Both the position numbers and the translations under genes were made by a program. DNA of 64,000 nt from the NCBI RefSeq assembly GCF_001949145.1, contig NW_019091357.1:3231078-3295077 (forward strand). Reading direction: 5' to 3'. The stretch is from Acanthaster planci (taxonomy: Eukaryota). The first letter of the stretch is position 1, and every line of letters starts with the position of its first letter. Below the pieces are notes generated by a model. That model was not told the DNA's origin, ran no database searches, and worked only from the letters and a program-made list of their open reading frames with translations. This document shows positions 48,701 to 59,963 of the stretch, piece after piece.

Positions 48701-51700
48701 CAGGTTTCACCTAAGCAATGTGTAAACGGAAAGAAACCAATCCTCCCACGGACTCAGTTTGACGTCAAATCCCCCGTCATCAGTTTATCACCACCGGTGT
48801 AGTGCATGGGAGCCTTTTAAAAACATTTTTATGCTAATGTGGTTACTGTGTTCACAAGTGGCCCTGTGATGTCATGCAAGAAGTTCCATTGTCAATCGGT
48901 GTCAGTTGAATTTACACCAGTCTGTGAGGAGTCAAGTCCAAGTAGGCATTTCAAACCTTTCAGGCTACACCTGCGATCAAAATCGTGAGTTGCTTGGCGA
49001 TCTCAAGCACACCACTTTTTTTTTTTGTAGCCGTCAAATCAGTAGTTCCCATAAGCAGTTTAACACAGTTCATAAAAAAAGCCATTCTCTTGACCCCTAG
49101 CTTTTTCTGCGCTGTCTCTTCCCACAGTCTCGGCATACTCCATCGGCAGCAACTTTGAGATGCGCATATCCATCAAGCCGCGGGTCTCCACAGCCGTTCT
49201 GATGTCCGTCCAAGGCTCTCGTGGTGACTTCCTGTCCCTTGAGATGGTGGACGGAGTGGTGAGTTCAGAAGAAAAGAAAAAGAAAGTAGTCGTCCATGAC
49301 AAGTACCTCTGGTGCTTCCAATCTTGAAATCTTTATCTTCTATACACTCGCACAACCTATTCGATCAATACTCTACGATTTCAGGGGCCACGACTATGGA
49401 ATAGTATCAGCACGACCCTGAAAACACAATCGTCTGTGGGCCGCTTCAAAACCTGATACAAAAATAGTCTTATCTCCAGTTATTTAGCATAATTCCCCTC
49501 TCCGTTTCATTACTTGCATATCACCATTTTTGATTCCATTGTATGTATTATTGCCTTGTATAAATTATTATCGTCCGTTGTTTTCGGTCCGTCGTTCTTC
49601 GTTTCTTGTCTTATTTGTTAGTCCTGTGACCTGTTGTCTGTCTGTCTTCTCTCAAGGCATTTCAGTACAAGCCCCCGGCTTTTGTTTATGCCTCTGTAGT
49701 GCATAATGTCATCTTAGTTATTATCGTATTTATTTGTTTCTTTTCATATCCATGATTAATTGCACACATTCATATAAACTGATTGTTACATTGCACTATC
49801 GAAATAAATGTTAATTGAAATTAATCAGCTAGAAGAGACCGTTTTCAACGATGCACCGGCCAAAGCTGTATCTTTACATGAGCAAAGTTATGAGTGGCTT
49901 TAACCGGGGACCATCTCCCAGCCTGAAACTTGATGTGCTGTGCAGATGCTTATCATATAGAGTTTAAATTCAATCTGACGTAGGTTTTTTGATGTTCCAT
50001 GTCATTTGAAGTTAATGGCCTTGCATGTATTGCTTAGGATGTCAGTGGGAAAAGTATGCATCCACGGCTGAGCTGTCTTGGAAAATGGATGTTGCCAGCG
50101 AATGGCACGCATAAATTTTACAAAACTGTTGCCAAAATGACCGTGAGATGTCGCTAAAAGCTCCCAAGATGTAGTCCACATAGAAATGCGCTGCAGTGGT
50201 ATTGGAGAAACTATTTGGAGGGGGGAGGGGCAGATCCCCCAGCTCATTCAGGGTTAAGCTGTTCTTAACAAAGCCTTAGCCACTCAAAAGCCCCAATTTA
50301 GGCTCGGCCTGGTATGCACTTGGCATCGCTGGTCTTATTTTTTGCCTTGTTCTAATCTTCTTGAAGCTGTATCTGCGCTGTGAGAATGGTGGTGGTATCA
50401 TCGAGGCTATCTACGCTCCCCCAGAGGGTGCCTTCTTCCTGTGCGATGGCAACTGGCACGACATCCTAGGTACTCATCAGAAAAATTATTCGGCAGAATT
50501 TCCTTGACTTGCCAAAAGACATCAACGAGTTTAGTTCTTTGAGATTAGCTGTTTAGAACTGTTTTCACAGACTACCAGACTCGGAACTCCTCTATTTACG
50601 AGTATATAAGTCATGCTGAGAGTGGTCGGTCATTAGCTAGGCACGGGGCCTCCCTCGAAATTGGAGGTTGTGTCAGAGGGTATCAAGGGGTTGTTGAGTT
50701 GTTCATGCCCGAAGATTTCTGATGACATCTTGACATGTCTCAGCCTTGGTGTAATGTCTGAATATACAGCACTTTGCCCCAGTGTATTCGTGTTGTAGTT
50801 CTACTTGTGACTATTAGCACAAAATGTTGCTCCTAAAGGATTGGAACTGCAACAGTGGCAGATTCTTCAGTGTCTTGGAGGGTGGGGTGGAGCTGGGATT
50901 CGAAATCTCACATTCAGAGCTACCTCTAAAATAGCCCTGAACGAATATCACATCTGCTCTTTCCTTTGTTTCAGTCGAAAAGGCAGAGAATGAACTCAGG
51001 CTGACTGTGGACGGGGAGCCAGGAGAGAGGGCCTTGGGCAGCACAAATGCCATCGCTGCAGACACCAGGGATCCGCTGTACTTTGGCGGCATACCTGGTA
51101 AGGACTGGCTTTAGAACTGTTCACACTAAAGCACTAGTTTGCTGTTGTATTATACAGCATTCCCACAAGGCACTTGATTATCTCCTAAACAATGAGCACT
51201 GTAGTTGACGTTAGACTACCCCATGGCAATACCTACTCAACAAAGCATTTAGTAACTCATAAAAGCTTGTTCGTCTGAATATCTTTTACTCCTTCCCTTC
51301 AATGCTAGTCTCTGTGTCCAGGTCACAATCTTTTGTCGCAGTGTTTTTGCCCGGCCAGTAATAGTTCAGGTTTTAACCATGGGGCAACATTTTGAACATT
51401 AGAACAAAAAAGGAATACCTTTGAGTGACGTGCCATCGAGTTGACTTACTGAACTCATGTGGCACGGGCCAGAGTGGACAGAACAATTTTCATCAGAATG
51501 TGCACAAACTGAAAGGTCTCTGTGTAGTGTTTTAGCTGTGTTTCACGTTTCCATCCCTTTGATGGGGTCCTATTGTACAGAGTCCCCAGTTTCTTTCGCC
51601 TTTTTAGTTTAATACAGACCTGGATCTCGATCAGTAATCACAAAGCTGCTTCACTCTATCAATTTCAACAACGTCAGATCACTGATCATGACCCCAATCC

Positions 51701-51951
51701 ACGTCAAGCATTTAACAAACAGGCCTTTTGAAAATCAACAGAGGAGAAATTAGTCTTGAGTTGGCAGACCATGGTGACCAATGCGGTCTATGTTGTTCAT
51801 TTCAGACAATGCCGAGCACCAAGGTCTCTCCATCCGGGACAAGTTTGTGGGCTGCATTCGGGACGTCATGCTGCGGGATGATCTGGTCAACTTCAAGGAG
51901 GCCGTGGAGGTTGTGGGTGACGTCAACACCATGTCCTGCCCCGCCAACTAG
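463..51951 (+). CDS. LAMA5: Laminin subunit alpha (alpha-3B/alpha-5/LanA type), multi-exon, 5'-partial in window
   Basis: 71 GT-AG exons join in frame: 463-670,1545-1754,2135-2269,3027-3164,3643-3780,4537-4674,5147-5281,5405-5616,7989-8141,8604-8709,9675-9774,10237-10393,10571-10697,11491-11636,12082-12176,12727-12892,13852-14012,14645-14756,15181-15266,15841-15982,16409-16535,16734-16882,17204-17319,17964-18172,18931-19061,19672-19742,20396-20540,21129-21269,21940-22098,22905-23012,23698-23781,24093-24214,24726-24834,25426-25536,25699-25826,26666-26746,27260-27474,28157-28257,29294-29474,30139-30267,30727-30878,31620-31730,33078-33189,33678-33845,34627-34814,36103-36219,36610-36767,37208-37346,37667-37757,38220-38420,39081-39266,39653-39807,40669-40830,41156-41286,41455-41599,41828-41955,42373-42541,42949-43121,43624-43728,44327-44444,44867-45013,45569-45714,45961-46143,46371-46676,47284-47473,47789-47956,48347-48515,49128-49258,50367-50469,50975-51097,51806-51951. 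The protein starts with the LN-end motif [20 protein letters not shown] and ends ...TMSCPAN*. The 11 LE + large LF + L4b + coiled coil + 5 LG architecture is the alpha3B/5 class. The symbol denotes the LAMA3/5 orthology group, not strict 1:1 orthology. Confidence 0.96.
4060..4200 (-). mobile_element. Degraded tRNA-type SINE remnant
   Basis: GGGGGAAACCC...GGGAATCCAACC...GAGGTGAAGGG...AACCACCATGCC resembles an antisense B-box/A-box SINE head. Confidence 0.35.
5743..6073. mobile_element. MITE-like element with ~45-bp imperfect terminal inverted repeats
   Basis: AACAGTGCGCACCAAAAGGCTTCCGTGTAGAGGCCATTTTT ... AAAAATGGCCTCTCCATGGCAACCTCTTGCTGGCACACTGTT. Confidence 0.6.
9375..9503 (-). mobile_element. 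tRNA-derived SINE copy (same family as 25188-25340)
   Basis: Reverse complement reads CCGGCAAACTCGGTGGTC...GGGTTCGAATCCCATCCCAGCAAGCTTGTGATG...TGAGAATGCAGTGTG, collinear with the 25.2-kb copy. Confidence 0.7.
10237..18030 (+). CDS. Laminin alpha: LF (L4a / domain IVb) globular region
   Basis: [42 protein letters not shown]..., [53 protein letters not shown] and [20 protein letters not shown] are typical of the alpha3/5/LanA IVb domain. Confidence 0.9.
13140..13632. repeat. Intronic minisatellite, ~84-bp unit (diverged dimer of ~42-bp subunits), ~5-6 copies
   Basis: GCAGGGTTCTTGTTTCAGTTG... recurs at 13207, 13291, 13374, 13458 and 13542. Confidence 0.9.
18031..30267 (+). CDS. Laminin alpha: LEb, L4b (domain IVa, ~21940-24800) and LEc repeats
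   Basis: LE repeats flank [25 protein letters not shown]...PDVIITGNNITI...[22 protein letters not shown]...[16 protein letters not shown] (laminin B/IV domain signature). Confidence 0.93.
23187..23337. other. Assembly gap (151 N) in a laminin intron
   Basis: Run of N. The flanking exons join in frame (PDVIIT|GNNITI), so no constitutive exon appears to be lost. Confidence 0.98.
25188..25340 (+). mobile_element. tRNA-derived SINE copy
   Basis: Pol III A box (TGGTGGAGTGG) and B box (GGTTCAAGTCC), non-canonical anticodon arm, and a body (AAGCTTGTGA...AGCT...TGAG.AT.CAGTGT) shared with the copy at 9375-9503. Confidence 0.75.
30727..39807 (+). CDS. Laminin alpha: coiled-coil long arm (domains II/I), ~590 aa over 12 exons
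   Basis: Begins with the interchain CxxC ([10 protein letters not shown]). Heptad-like Ala/Leu/Glu-rich sequence including [22 protein letters not shown], ending [17 protein letters not shown]. Confidence 0.9.
31185..31322 (-). mobile_element. CORE-SINE (MIR-like) remnant; related remnants at ~14418-14530, ~15450-15542, ~15587-15682 and ~36975-37096
   Basis: GAGAGGCAAA...GACTTGACCAAGGTCACAAC...GGATTCGAACCC...CTAAGCCAC resembles the antisense of a tRNA head plus CORE domain (cf. MIR ACTTGCCCAAGGTCACA...GGATTTGAACCC). Confidence 0.6.
31800..32099. mobile_element. Non-autonomous DNA transposon remnant with internal GTCATGGAA repeats
   Basis: About 7 copies of GTCATG(G/A)A and a GGAACCCTG terminus; a similar terminus occurs at ~47675-47734. 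Confidence 0.5.
40440..40596. mobile_element. MITE with ~55-bp terminal inverted repeats and TAA target-site duplication (PIF/Harbinger Tourist-like)
   Basis: TAA|GGGAGCGTTTCATAATTGTTGGAGGCAGTATTTACTGCGGTACC...GGTACCGCAGTAAATACCGCCTTCTGTAGTTATGAAACGTTCCC|TAA. Confidence 0.8.
40669..51951 (+). CDS. Laminin alpha: LG1-LG5 globular domains, with a Pro/Thr-rich LG3-LG4 linker
   Basis: Five LamG motif sets (FRT...NGLL(F/M), LG.G, NDG.WH.V, YFGG, FVGC(L/I)R). Linker [34 protein letters not shown] in exon 46371-46676. Stop TAG at 51949-51951. Confidence 0.93.
49328..49825 (+). mobile_element. 5'-truncated CR1/L2-group LINE fragment (ORF2 C-terminus plus 3' UTR) in a laminin intron
   Basis: Translates [51 protein letters not shown], a typical LINE ORF2 end, followed by a T-rich UTR, ACAAGCC...GGCTT hairpin and AATAAAT...AATTGAAA tail. 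Confidence 0.65.
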
Positions 51952-54076
51952 AGAGGGTGCCACCACTTCTCCCCTTCAAAATGCACAAATGTTTGGCATT
52001 AAACTGCAAATGGAATGGAACAGTTTTAATATTTTACATTTTTAGCATTTTTACATCTCTTTCTTTTTAATCATTTGAGTTTGTGTCATCATGTTATCAA
52101 ACGGTATGTGTCGTGCATTTTTAAATTTTCAATTGGACGGGATTCTAATGAAGTTAGGAAATCCTTGGAATTTTGGGGGTGACGGAAATGGGTTGTGAAA
52201 AGAATGATATAAACAATTGTTTTGTGTAATTTGTTGAACTTCGGTACTTGCAGGAATCAGGACTGGAAATGAAAAAAATTGAAGTTGCACCCTGCGATTC
52301 TTGAGTCTGTTTGATTTGTAGATTGCCATTAACATTTGCAGAAATCTTCGTGCACTTCGCTCTGGTACCCGAATTCAAGCGGTCGCAAACTATCAAGTTC
52401 CTACAAATTTTTTGACATTCAAAACAGACCAGTTTTAGAATTGCAGGGCATGCGCCGAACTTCAGTGTGACAACGGATAAGAGGAAATGACTTACAGTGT
52501 AGCACTTGGCTTCAAGCACCATCTGCGTCAATGAATTTTTTTTTCAGGATCGAGTTTTCATAGATGAAATACCCAAATGGCGATGTACTCTCATTTTCTC
52601 ATTTCGATGCCAACCATGCCCTGTGCAATTCATCAGCCAGGATTTCTTTGACAGTCAGCGTGCTTGAGGTCAAGTGACCATGCTTTGAGGCCAAATGTAT
52701 CCCAAGCTGTGGACGCCATTCTAACTGAAGAACTAAAAGAAACCACCAAGTAGACCTGAAACCTGAAGGTTGATGTTTTCCAAAACTAGTTCAATAGTTG
52801 GCTGATGTATGTAACAAGCTCAGATGTGGCCTTCAACTCTCGCCGATGCAGAGAGACATTTTATAGTCATCACCGAATGGCTACGTGGCTCCCAGGCATC
52901 ACAGTGCACTTATAATTGACACAATTACATGATTGCCATCTGTCTTTCATGGAACAACAGGTCTGTGTACTGCTGTAATTTGGGATACATTTCGCCTCCG
53001 TAAATCTTAGTTTATGTAGAGTTTAGATACCTTTTTATGTACTAACACTATCCCAGGGAACACAACACTTACCTACCTTTCTGGAGAAGTTATTTTTTTT
53101 AGTACTAAATTCTCTGAAATCGTTCTAAGCGATAAATTGGCTCAGCACCTGCATGTAAAGTATTCGTACATCACTGATGATCAGAAAATTACTGACTAAT
53201 ATGTTAATTACGTGGTATCTCCGATGAAAGGCATTATGAAATTAGCTTTCAATGAGAGGTGCATTTTGTGTTTATATTCCAACTCTTTCATCTGCCTTTG
53301 AAAAAAAAAGAAACAGAAAATCTTGGATGATTGATCCGGCCAGAAACTGTTGATCAATGAAGGAGCAAGCATTCTATTCGCGTCAAATTTGAATGGGTAC
53401 AACTGAGCCATTCATTATGCATTAGGCAAATATACCAGGTCATAACAGTAAAAACTAAGTCTTGGTTTTCAAAGCTCTAAATTGTGAACAAATTCAGACT
53501 CTGTGCAAGCAGCCTTGTGTCCCTTAAAAGAGTTTACCCGCTTCGTACCTACATATATGGGGTGCTAACAAGGGTGTTTTTTTTTTAGTGTAGTGTAAGA
53601 TTGAAATGAAAGCAAAAGCAAAAAAATGTACTAACCCGGAGGTTGCAGAAGACCGTTAGGTCATTTTTTTACATCAGTAGGGGGCACTGTAAAGACAACC
53701 ATGGATGGGAAGACGGCATTCTCTTTCCAAGATAAAGTCACTCACCATGTTTAATTCGGTAGGCCTAATGGATGAAAAAAAAATACTGGATTTTACGTGT
53801 ATTAGCTGGACACCGTATGATTGCTCAGGCCCTGCATTGCAGCAGTGGTGTATGCATGGCATCATTGAGCAGCGCCCTAGCTCCTCTGATACGTGCACAA
53901 ATACAGTATTTCTGTTCTATGCATTAATATGATGCCGATTGTTGCTTGCCAAGTGTTTCCATTTGCTGGCTAGTTTTCTCATCACAAATACACGTACAGT
54001 CTGAAATATATAAAAAGCATGACTTCAATTTTGAGCTTTGATGAGGTTTGGCATTTTTTTTTAAAGTCTCTTTGAT

Positions 54077-54082
54077 AATAAA
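54077..54082 (+). terminator. Candidate polyadenylation signal (AATAAA) for the laminin transcript, implying a ~2.1-kb 3' UTR
   Basis: First AATAAA I noticed after the stop codon, followed ~30-50 nt later by a GU/U-rich tract (cgtgttctcttttttactttt). No transcript data. Confidence 0.45.
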
Positions 54083-55537
54083 GCCTCGGTTCTACTGCAA
54101 CTCCACAACTGCCTCGTGTTCTCTTTTTTACTTTTTAAATTCCAAGCTGATAATGGGATTTTCAGACCTAAACCGTCGAGCAAAAACACACTGTAACCGT
54201 TGATCTTTCAATAAATTGACGATTGTTTAGGTATTGCTGTGAACTGTAAAGTACTACTCCCCTCAAAAATCCACAATAGGTCCATTGGTCCCGTGTTTTG
54301 TGCTTCAGCACCCATTTCTGGAACTGTATCCGGATGTTTAGAACATGTTTTCATGCAAGGACTTATCTGAGGTCGTCAACAGGGTCATGCCCCCCACCTT
54401 TTTAATAAAAGGTAATAATTATGGCCTCTTAGTTCCTTTCAAAAAGTGTTAAAAGCCCCCCCAATGTAGCCTCGCCCCCAGAAATGGCACAAAAGTTATA
54501 CATCCAAAAAGTCATTTTTTTGTCCCCGCCCCAATATGTCAACTCCCTTTTTGACCGGGCTTTTAAAGAACGTCTGTATGGAATAACGCGAAAATTTATT
54601 TGCAATCTGCATGCTTAGTACTGTGGCCACGTCTGAATGCACACGCCCACTGGAAGCTGGCTGATTTTGAAAGAAGTCTTGTGAAACCGTGCTACAAACG
54701 CACCAAAAGATATCAAAGTCACTGTTAATTCTCTCTAATATGCCTGTGTCATTTTTTTGTCTTTGAACTACGTTGCCTACTGGTTCAAATCAAATGAAAG
54801 AGTGGAGGCCCTCTTGAAAATGAAAATAAATAGCCCACTTTCCCCGTTTCCTTCAAAATCCAAAGGATCAGAATGTTGTTCGTTTGTTTGGCTTGGCGAC
54901 AGCTGTTTTCGATCGCTGAGGCTTATTGGGTTTCCTGTCTTGAGCATCAATCCAGACACGTGGCCTCAAAATCAAAGCTGTTACCATTGATGCTGACCCT
55001 CGAGCTCGGTGCAAGAAACCGCGTGGACTTTGTTCGGAAGTCTTATGAAGATCAGTGTGTTTTCACGCTTGATGACTTTAACGGGAAGGTGTGATTTTTT
55101 TAATGAGTAATCAGTTTTGTCATTGGATCTGTGGGTTTTGTTTTTCAGAAGGATTTGGGTGTCCTCTATTCGTAAACACCGCGATACAAAATAACTGACA
55201 CTGTAAGTGTTAAACTCATTGACGAAGATCGCCCATGTGTTGGATGAATCTTGGTTTTCTTTTTCTTCCGGCAAACAAACGTGGGACGAAAGTCCGAACA
55301 ACTCATTTGAAGCAAGATATGGGACGGAGAGAACCCCCCCCATCGCCTTTGTGCTGGTCATTGTTTTATCGGAATCTCAGGAATTCTTTACAGACTTCTA
55401 GGGGGATGTGTTAGGTAACAATAGTCTAGAGTGTGTATAGGGATTGGACAGGTAAGGGGGTACCCCTCCGTCCCATATGTTGTCCAGTATAGAACAACTT
55501 GAGCAAATGGAATTTCATGGTGAAGGACAGCAACTGA

Positions 55538-55698
55538 TGGAAAGGCTTGCGGTAGCACCATGCGAAGGAATATATCTGGCTTATGAGTATGTGTGGTTCT
55601 GAAAAGAACCGGGAGTATACACGTTGTTTCAGACTGCGTGCTCACATACTCACAAGTGAGATATATTCCTTCGAATGGTGCTACCGCAAGCCTTTCCA
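55538..55698. mobile_element. MITE-like inverted repeat (~40-55-bp near-perfect arms)
   Basis: TGGAAAGGCTTGCGGTAGCACCATGCGAAGGAATATATCT ... AGATATATTCCTTCGAATGGTGCTACCGCAAGCCTTTCCA. Confidence 0.8.
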
Positions 55699-56290
55699 CC
55701 TACAACTCGAGTAAAGATAGGCATTTTGTTCCTTTTTCACCCGTGTAGATGGACCGCTAGCTACAGTCCCGGCCAAAATTTAGTTGGAACACGTCATCAT
55801 AAGCATGCCCTCCCCAGGTTCCTCGCCCTCTCTGTCAATGTTATCACCAGCTGGATTACAGACGGCGGAATGAGAGAACACTGACCTGGGCTGGGGTGAA
55901 ACAGCGAGATTTGGCCCTAATCACATGGTAGTTGCACCAAAGGTTTTTGTTGTTGTTTTTTTCGGTCGCTACGGCGTACATACTGCAAACGTATACCCTT
56001 CTTCAGGTTTAAGGAATGATTGAATTTCCATTGGATATTTATTAATAAACTGATATGGGAAGGGTATGAACTTTGCCAAATCTCAATTTAAGAAAGGTTT
56101 TAAAGGTAACACGTGCATGAGAAATAGCTTCTCTGTTCTCTTACAAGTAATGAATGCAAAAGTAATAGATATTCCTTTTTACAATAATACATATACACAT
56201 GACAGGAGACGTTTTAATATACGTGTATTTCTTTCATACTTAATTCAACTTTTTCTGGTTTTACCTTTTCACGTTGGACCTTTATGTTTG

Positions 56291-56500
56291 ACTACGCAGA
56301 GTATAGTCTGGTGTACACTGCCCGATGAGAGACATTTCACTGCACGACGAGGTATGATTCGTTTCACTGCGCGGTTAGAGTCGTTGCTCTGCGCGATGAG
56401 AGTTTTTGCTCTGCGCGGTAAAAGTAGTTTCGCTGTGTGGTGAGAGTAGCTTCACTGCTCGATGAGAGTCATTTCACTGCGTGATGAGACTTGTTTCGCT
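56291..56500. repeat. Degenerate ~22-bp tandem array (TTTCACTGCGCGATGAGAGTCG-like), inverted partner at 58010-58117
   Basis: About 8 imperfect units; the reverse complement of 58010-58117 reads ...CATTTCATTGCGCGACGAGAGTTGTTTCATTGCGCGGTAAAGAGTTGTT. Confidence 0.7.
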
Positions 56501-56984
56501 GATCAGATGGTAGGCTCCAATTTTTGTGTTTTGGGAGAATGATCACAAGAGGTTACCAAGTCCATTTTAATAGAGCCTGAAAGTTGACCTCTGAAAGTAA
56601 CTACCTCTGGAATCCTTGGGTAGGGAAAATAATTTGCAAAAGATTTATCAGAAATTTTATTTTAGAACTTGTAATTATTTTTCTTTCGTTTACTTCTTTA
56701 GAAATCACCTCAGAAATTACCTTTTTAAAATATTTTACTACCGTATATTGACAAATTGCCTGACCTGAAGAGAAATATCTTGTCAGAAATTGACCACTCA
56801 TTTCCGTAAATCTCATCGCAATCAGGTGACTCGGTGTACTCCCACACACATTAAATTTAACGGAACTATTTTGTGGCAGTCATAGTAGAAACTGAAATTA
56901 AAAAAAGAAAGGAAAATTTGGAGATCCAAAGTCATTTAAGATCATTTAAAGTTTTTTTATATCACCACCTAGTTTATTTAATTT

Positions 56985-57860
56985 TATATAGCACCTAAGT
57001 AGATCCTCGTCATTTGATTGGAGGGATTGTAGGTCCCTTGATATTTTATAGACTATTTCGTGCCTTACGTCATAAACGTTGAACTGTGTTATATACACCG
57101 TGCATATGTTATAAACAAATCCGATTAGACGCCATTACTGGCACCGCACTCACACGCGCATTCTTTAGCTTGACGCGCGCGTGTATATGGCAAATCATGA
57201 CATCCTATTGGTCGAAAAGGCATGTAATGCGCGCGTACCACCTGTCCCTGAGCGTTGCAATAATGGCTTCTTCTGGTGGTCGAATTACAAAGTAGGCCTA
57301 CTTCGATCTTTTGCACGCAAAGGCCTTCAATGGGTAATTTGTCAACAGACGGCGCGTGTTATGCCCGTAAAATGGCGGCAGGTTTAAGCAATTTCGCGTT
57401 GCTGAATGACGAGGAAATTGCGGAATTACTTGACGGAGCGGACGCAAAGAATACAAAGAAATAAATTCAGTGTGCTGTGCGTCGAGTAGGATCTTACGCG
57501 AGGTGCGCTGGTTCGAGTTTAGACGAGGTAGAACAGCGATCCGCTGCAGAACTTGACTTCTAGTTCCTGTCACGTTTTACGATGGTCTACGAAGAGACGA
57601 CGGCACATTGTACACTAAAAAGTCAAGGCATGCAATTCGGTATGGACTGCATCGTTACTTTTTAACGTCCAGGGACATGGAAATAACCAACAAGGGTACC
57701 GCTTGAAGGATAGCAACAAGGTCTACAAAGGCATGATGGTTAAGCTTTAAAAAGCAGATGACAGAGGGTAAGTGGGCCTACCTTTTTCATTGTTATTTAT
57801 ATTCATATATTTTATAAAGTGACAAATGTTCCATTCAACTCGCCTGCGAATTTATAGCCC
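56985..57860 (+). mobile_element. Decayed Crypton-like (tyrosine-recombinase / DUF3504-related) DNA transposon fragment
   Basis: From ATG 57372: MAAGLSNFALLNDEEIAELLDGADAKNTKK*IQCAV...SAAELDF*FLSRF/YDGLRRDDGTLYTKKSRHAIRYGLHRYF...DSNKVYKGMMVKL*K. This has stops and frameshifts and matches the ELD..L..FY...R..DG..Y...S...IR.GL.RY pattern of Crypton/KCTD1-ZMYM-type domains. Ends are approximate. Confidence 0.65.
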
Positions 57861-58563
57861 TTGTAGGCCTACTCGTAGGCACAGTAGCTTTTGTAAACAC
57901 GATGGCTGTGGTCAGTGAACTGAAGTCAATAGACCGATTCGCTCACACCATAGCTGTGGTGCGTATTAATTTCGTCCAACCTTTCCTTTGCAATGCTTAC
58001 TGGGCCGCCAAACAACTCTTTACCGCGCAATGAAACAACTCTCGTCGCGCAATGAAATGACTGTCATGGCTGACTGTCATGGCGCACTGTAATGTAGACT
58101 GAATAGAGCGCCATAGTATAGGCACGTGGCAAGGTTTAGACATGCATGAACAGACTTGCATCGCCTATGAAGCCGAGATGGGACGAGAGCAGCAATCCAA
58201 CGCCATTTTGGCGTTAGGCAAAGATGCTATTTACAAAGATTGTTCGAGTGACGAATGTAGTCAGAAAAAGCTCGACCAGTGTCACTCGAACAATGGATAG
58301 TATGTTGGACCACTTTAATTGACCATCTGGAACCAGGGCCTGGTGCATAGTTCCGTCTCTGGTTAGCATCGCTGTGAATACGTCACTCGCACAATTTGTA
58401 AAGGGAATTTGCGCGGGAACCAGTGCCTGAACCAATACGGGAGAAAGGGCATTAGAGCGCGAGAACCAGCGCTTGAACCAATACGGGCGGGAGCCACGGA
58501 CGTGTATAATAAAATCTGGACTCGCGATGCCCTTAATCAGCTTGTAGAGTCATTGAATCCACT

Positions 58564-58683
58564 CGCGGCCATTTTACCAAGCCCAATACAAAGCTTTCCT
58601 GGCAATGTTCGCCTTTGTTCTTCCAGACGTCAAAAGAAGGGAGCCAACCCATGCTTTTTTATTTGGCTCGGTAAAATGGCCGC
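58564..58683. mobile_element. Short MITE-like inverted repeat
   Basis: GCGGCCATTTTACCAAGCCCAATACAAAGC ... GCTTTTTTATTTGGCTCGGTAAAATGGCCGC. Confidence 0.6.
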
Positions 58684-58809
58684 TGGTTGGCTTCTTTTTC
58701 ATACAAAGGCGTTGCGAGTCCAAGTTTTTATATACGTCCGTGGCGGGAGCTCACTTCGTTCGCACTACATTTGCCGGTTTAAATGACGCCACACTTCGGC
58801 ACACTACAG

Positions 58810-59399
58810 AATGTTCTTGTTTTTAAATGTCATGTTTATGCATGCCACACAGATTCGTGAGACTAGATACACGTGTACTCAGTTAACAAGGTACTTAAAG
58901 TCCCTTTAGCCCAAAAAGAATGCTACGCTCAAAGTTTTGCGGTGAGTGGTGCCAAGACATGGAACAATTTGCCAGGGAAGTATAGACTCCGTAGGGACAG
59001 TCAAATCAGAACTACAGAAAGCCATGACCAGTGCTGTGTATGTAGACCAAAATGCAGATGTCTGGAGTTGTAAACTTGGTTGCCAATGGTCATTGGAGCC
59101 GGATTGGGAATTTCCGCGTGTTCTTTTTTCCATATGGTTTTTTGCGGGTTTTTCGTCCATCCCCCGATGAGTATTGAATTAATGCCTTGATTATTTAAAT
59201 GCTCACATGTGTATGATATTTTAGTGGTTTGTATTTGTGTTTGTCGTATTTGTCAAGTTTAATTGTCGTTGTGAGTTTCTAACTATTTTTTGACTTGTAA
59301 TGATCGCAGGGCCCTAATGGAAACCAGTTTGTATTAAACTGTTTGGGCAAACCCTGGGTAACGAAATGGAATAAATAAATAAATAAATAAATAAATAAA
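58810..59399 (+). mobile_element. 5'-truncated CR1/L2-group LINE fragment with (TAAA)n tail; a second tail copy at ~43210-43330 (- strand)
   Basis: LKVPLAQKECYAQSFAVSGAKTWNNLP (ORF2 C-terminal motif). The 3' end GGCCC.AATGGAAACCAGTTT...CCCTGGGTA...GAAATGGAA(TAAA)n matches the reverse complement of 43210-43320. Confidence 0.65.
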
Positions 59400-59963
59400 G
59401 TTTTTTGACGAGGGTCGTTCGAGCGCACTGCACGTATTGCACGTGCGCATTGACAATCACCAATTGGCAACTTTCCAGCGAACGACCTTACACGCGCGGT
59501 AAGACGCCCCAAAAGGGGACTTTTGCTCAGGCAAAAAAACCCACGTTTCTAGTCAGGGGCTGGCTCCAAATGTGTTGCGGCGACGCGGCTGTGTTTTTTT
59601 CTCTGTTTTTTTTCCTGTGCGCACGGATTGCCGTATCTAAGCAGGTCTCCTTTCGTGCTTTTTTTCAGCTAAAGCAATTTAATGGGGTTTTTCTAAATTA
59701 AAAAAAAATTGAAAACTCCACTAACAGTATAGTAGAGATTAGTGCAATAGATCAATTTGCTGACGCCATTGCTGAGGCGTCCCCGTCACTCAGGGGCGCA
59801 TTCCTATTGTAGGCTTGACGAGCGCGTGACATGTTAGCAGTGCGCTCCCATTGGCTGATGAGGAAGCATTCAGTGCGCATCTCTTTTGTGCATCTCATTT
59901 GTTCACGCGTGTGGGGACACCGCAGTAATGGCTCTTGATTCTTGTCACCACATCGGTCTACAC

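Noticed and set aside
382..51947. Many ORF-track entries on the - strand or alternative frames overlapping laminin exons (e.g. 382-726, 29171-29545, 39387-39824)
   Set aside because: These are shadow ORFs caused by the GC3-rich codon usage of the real exons and have no recognisable domains.
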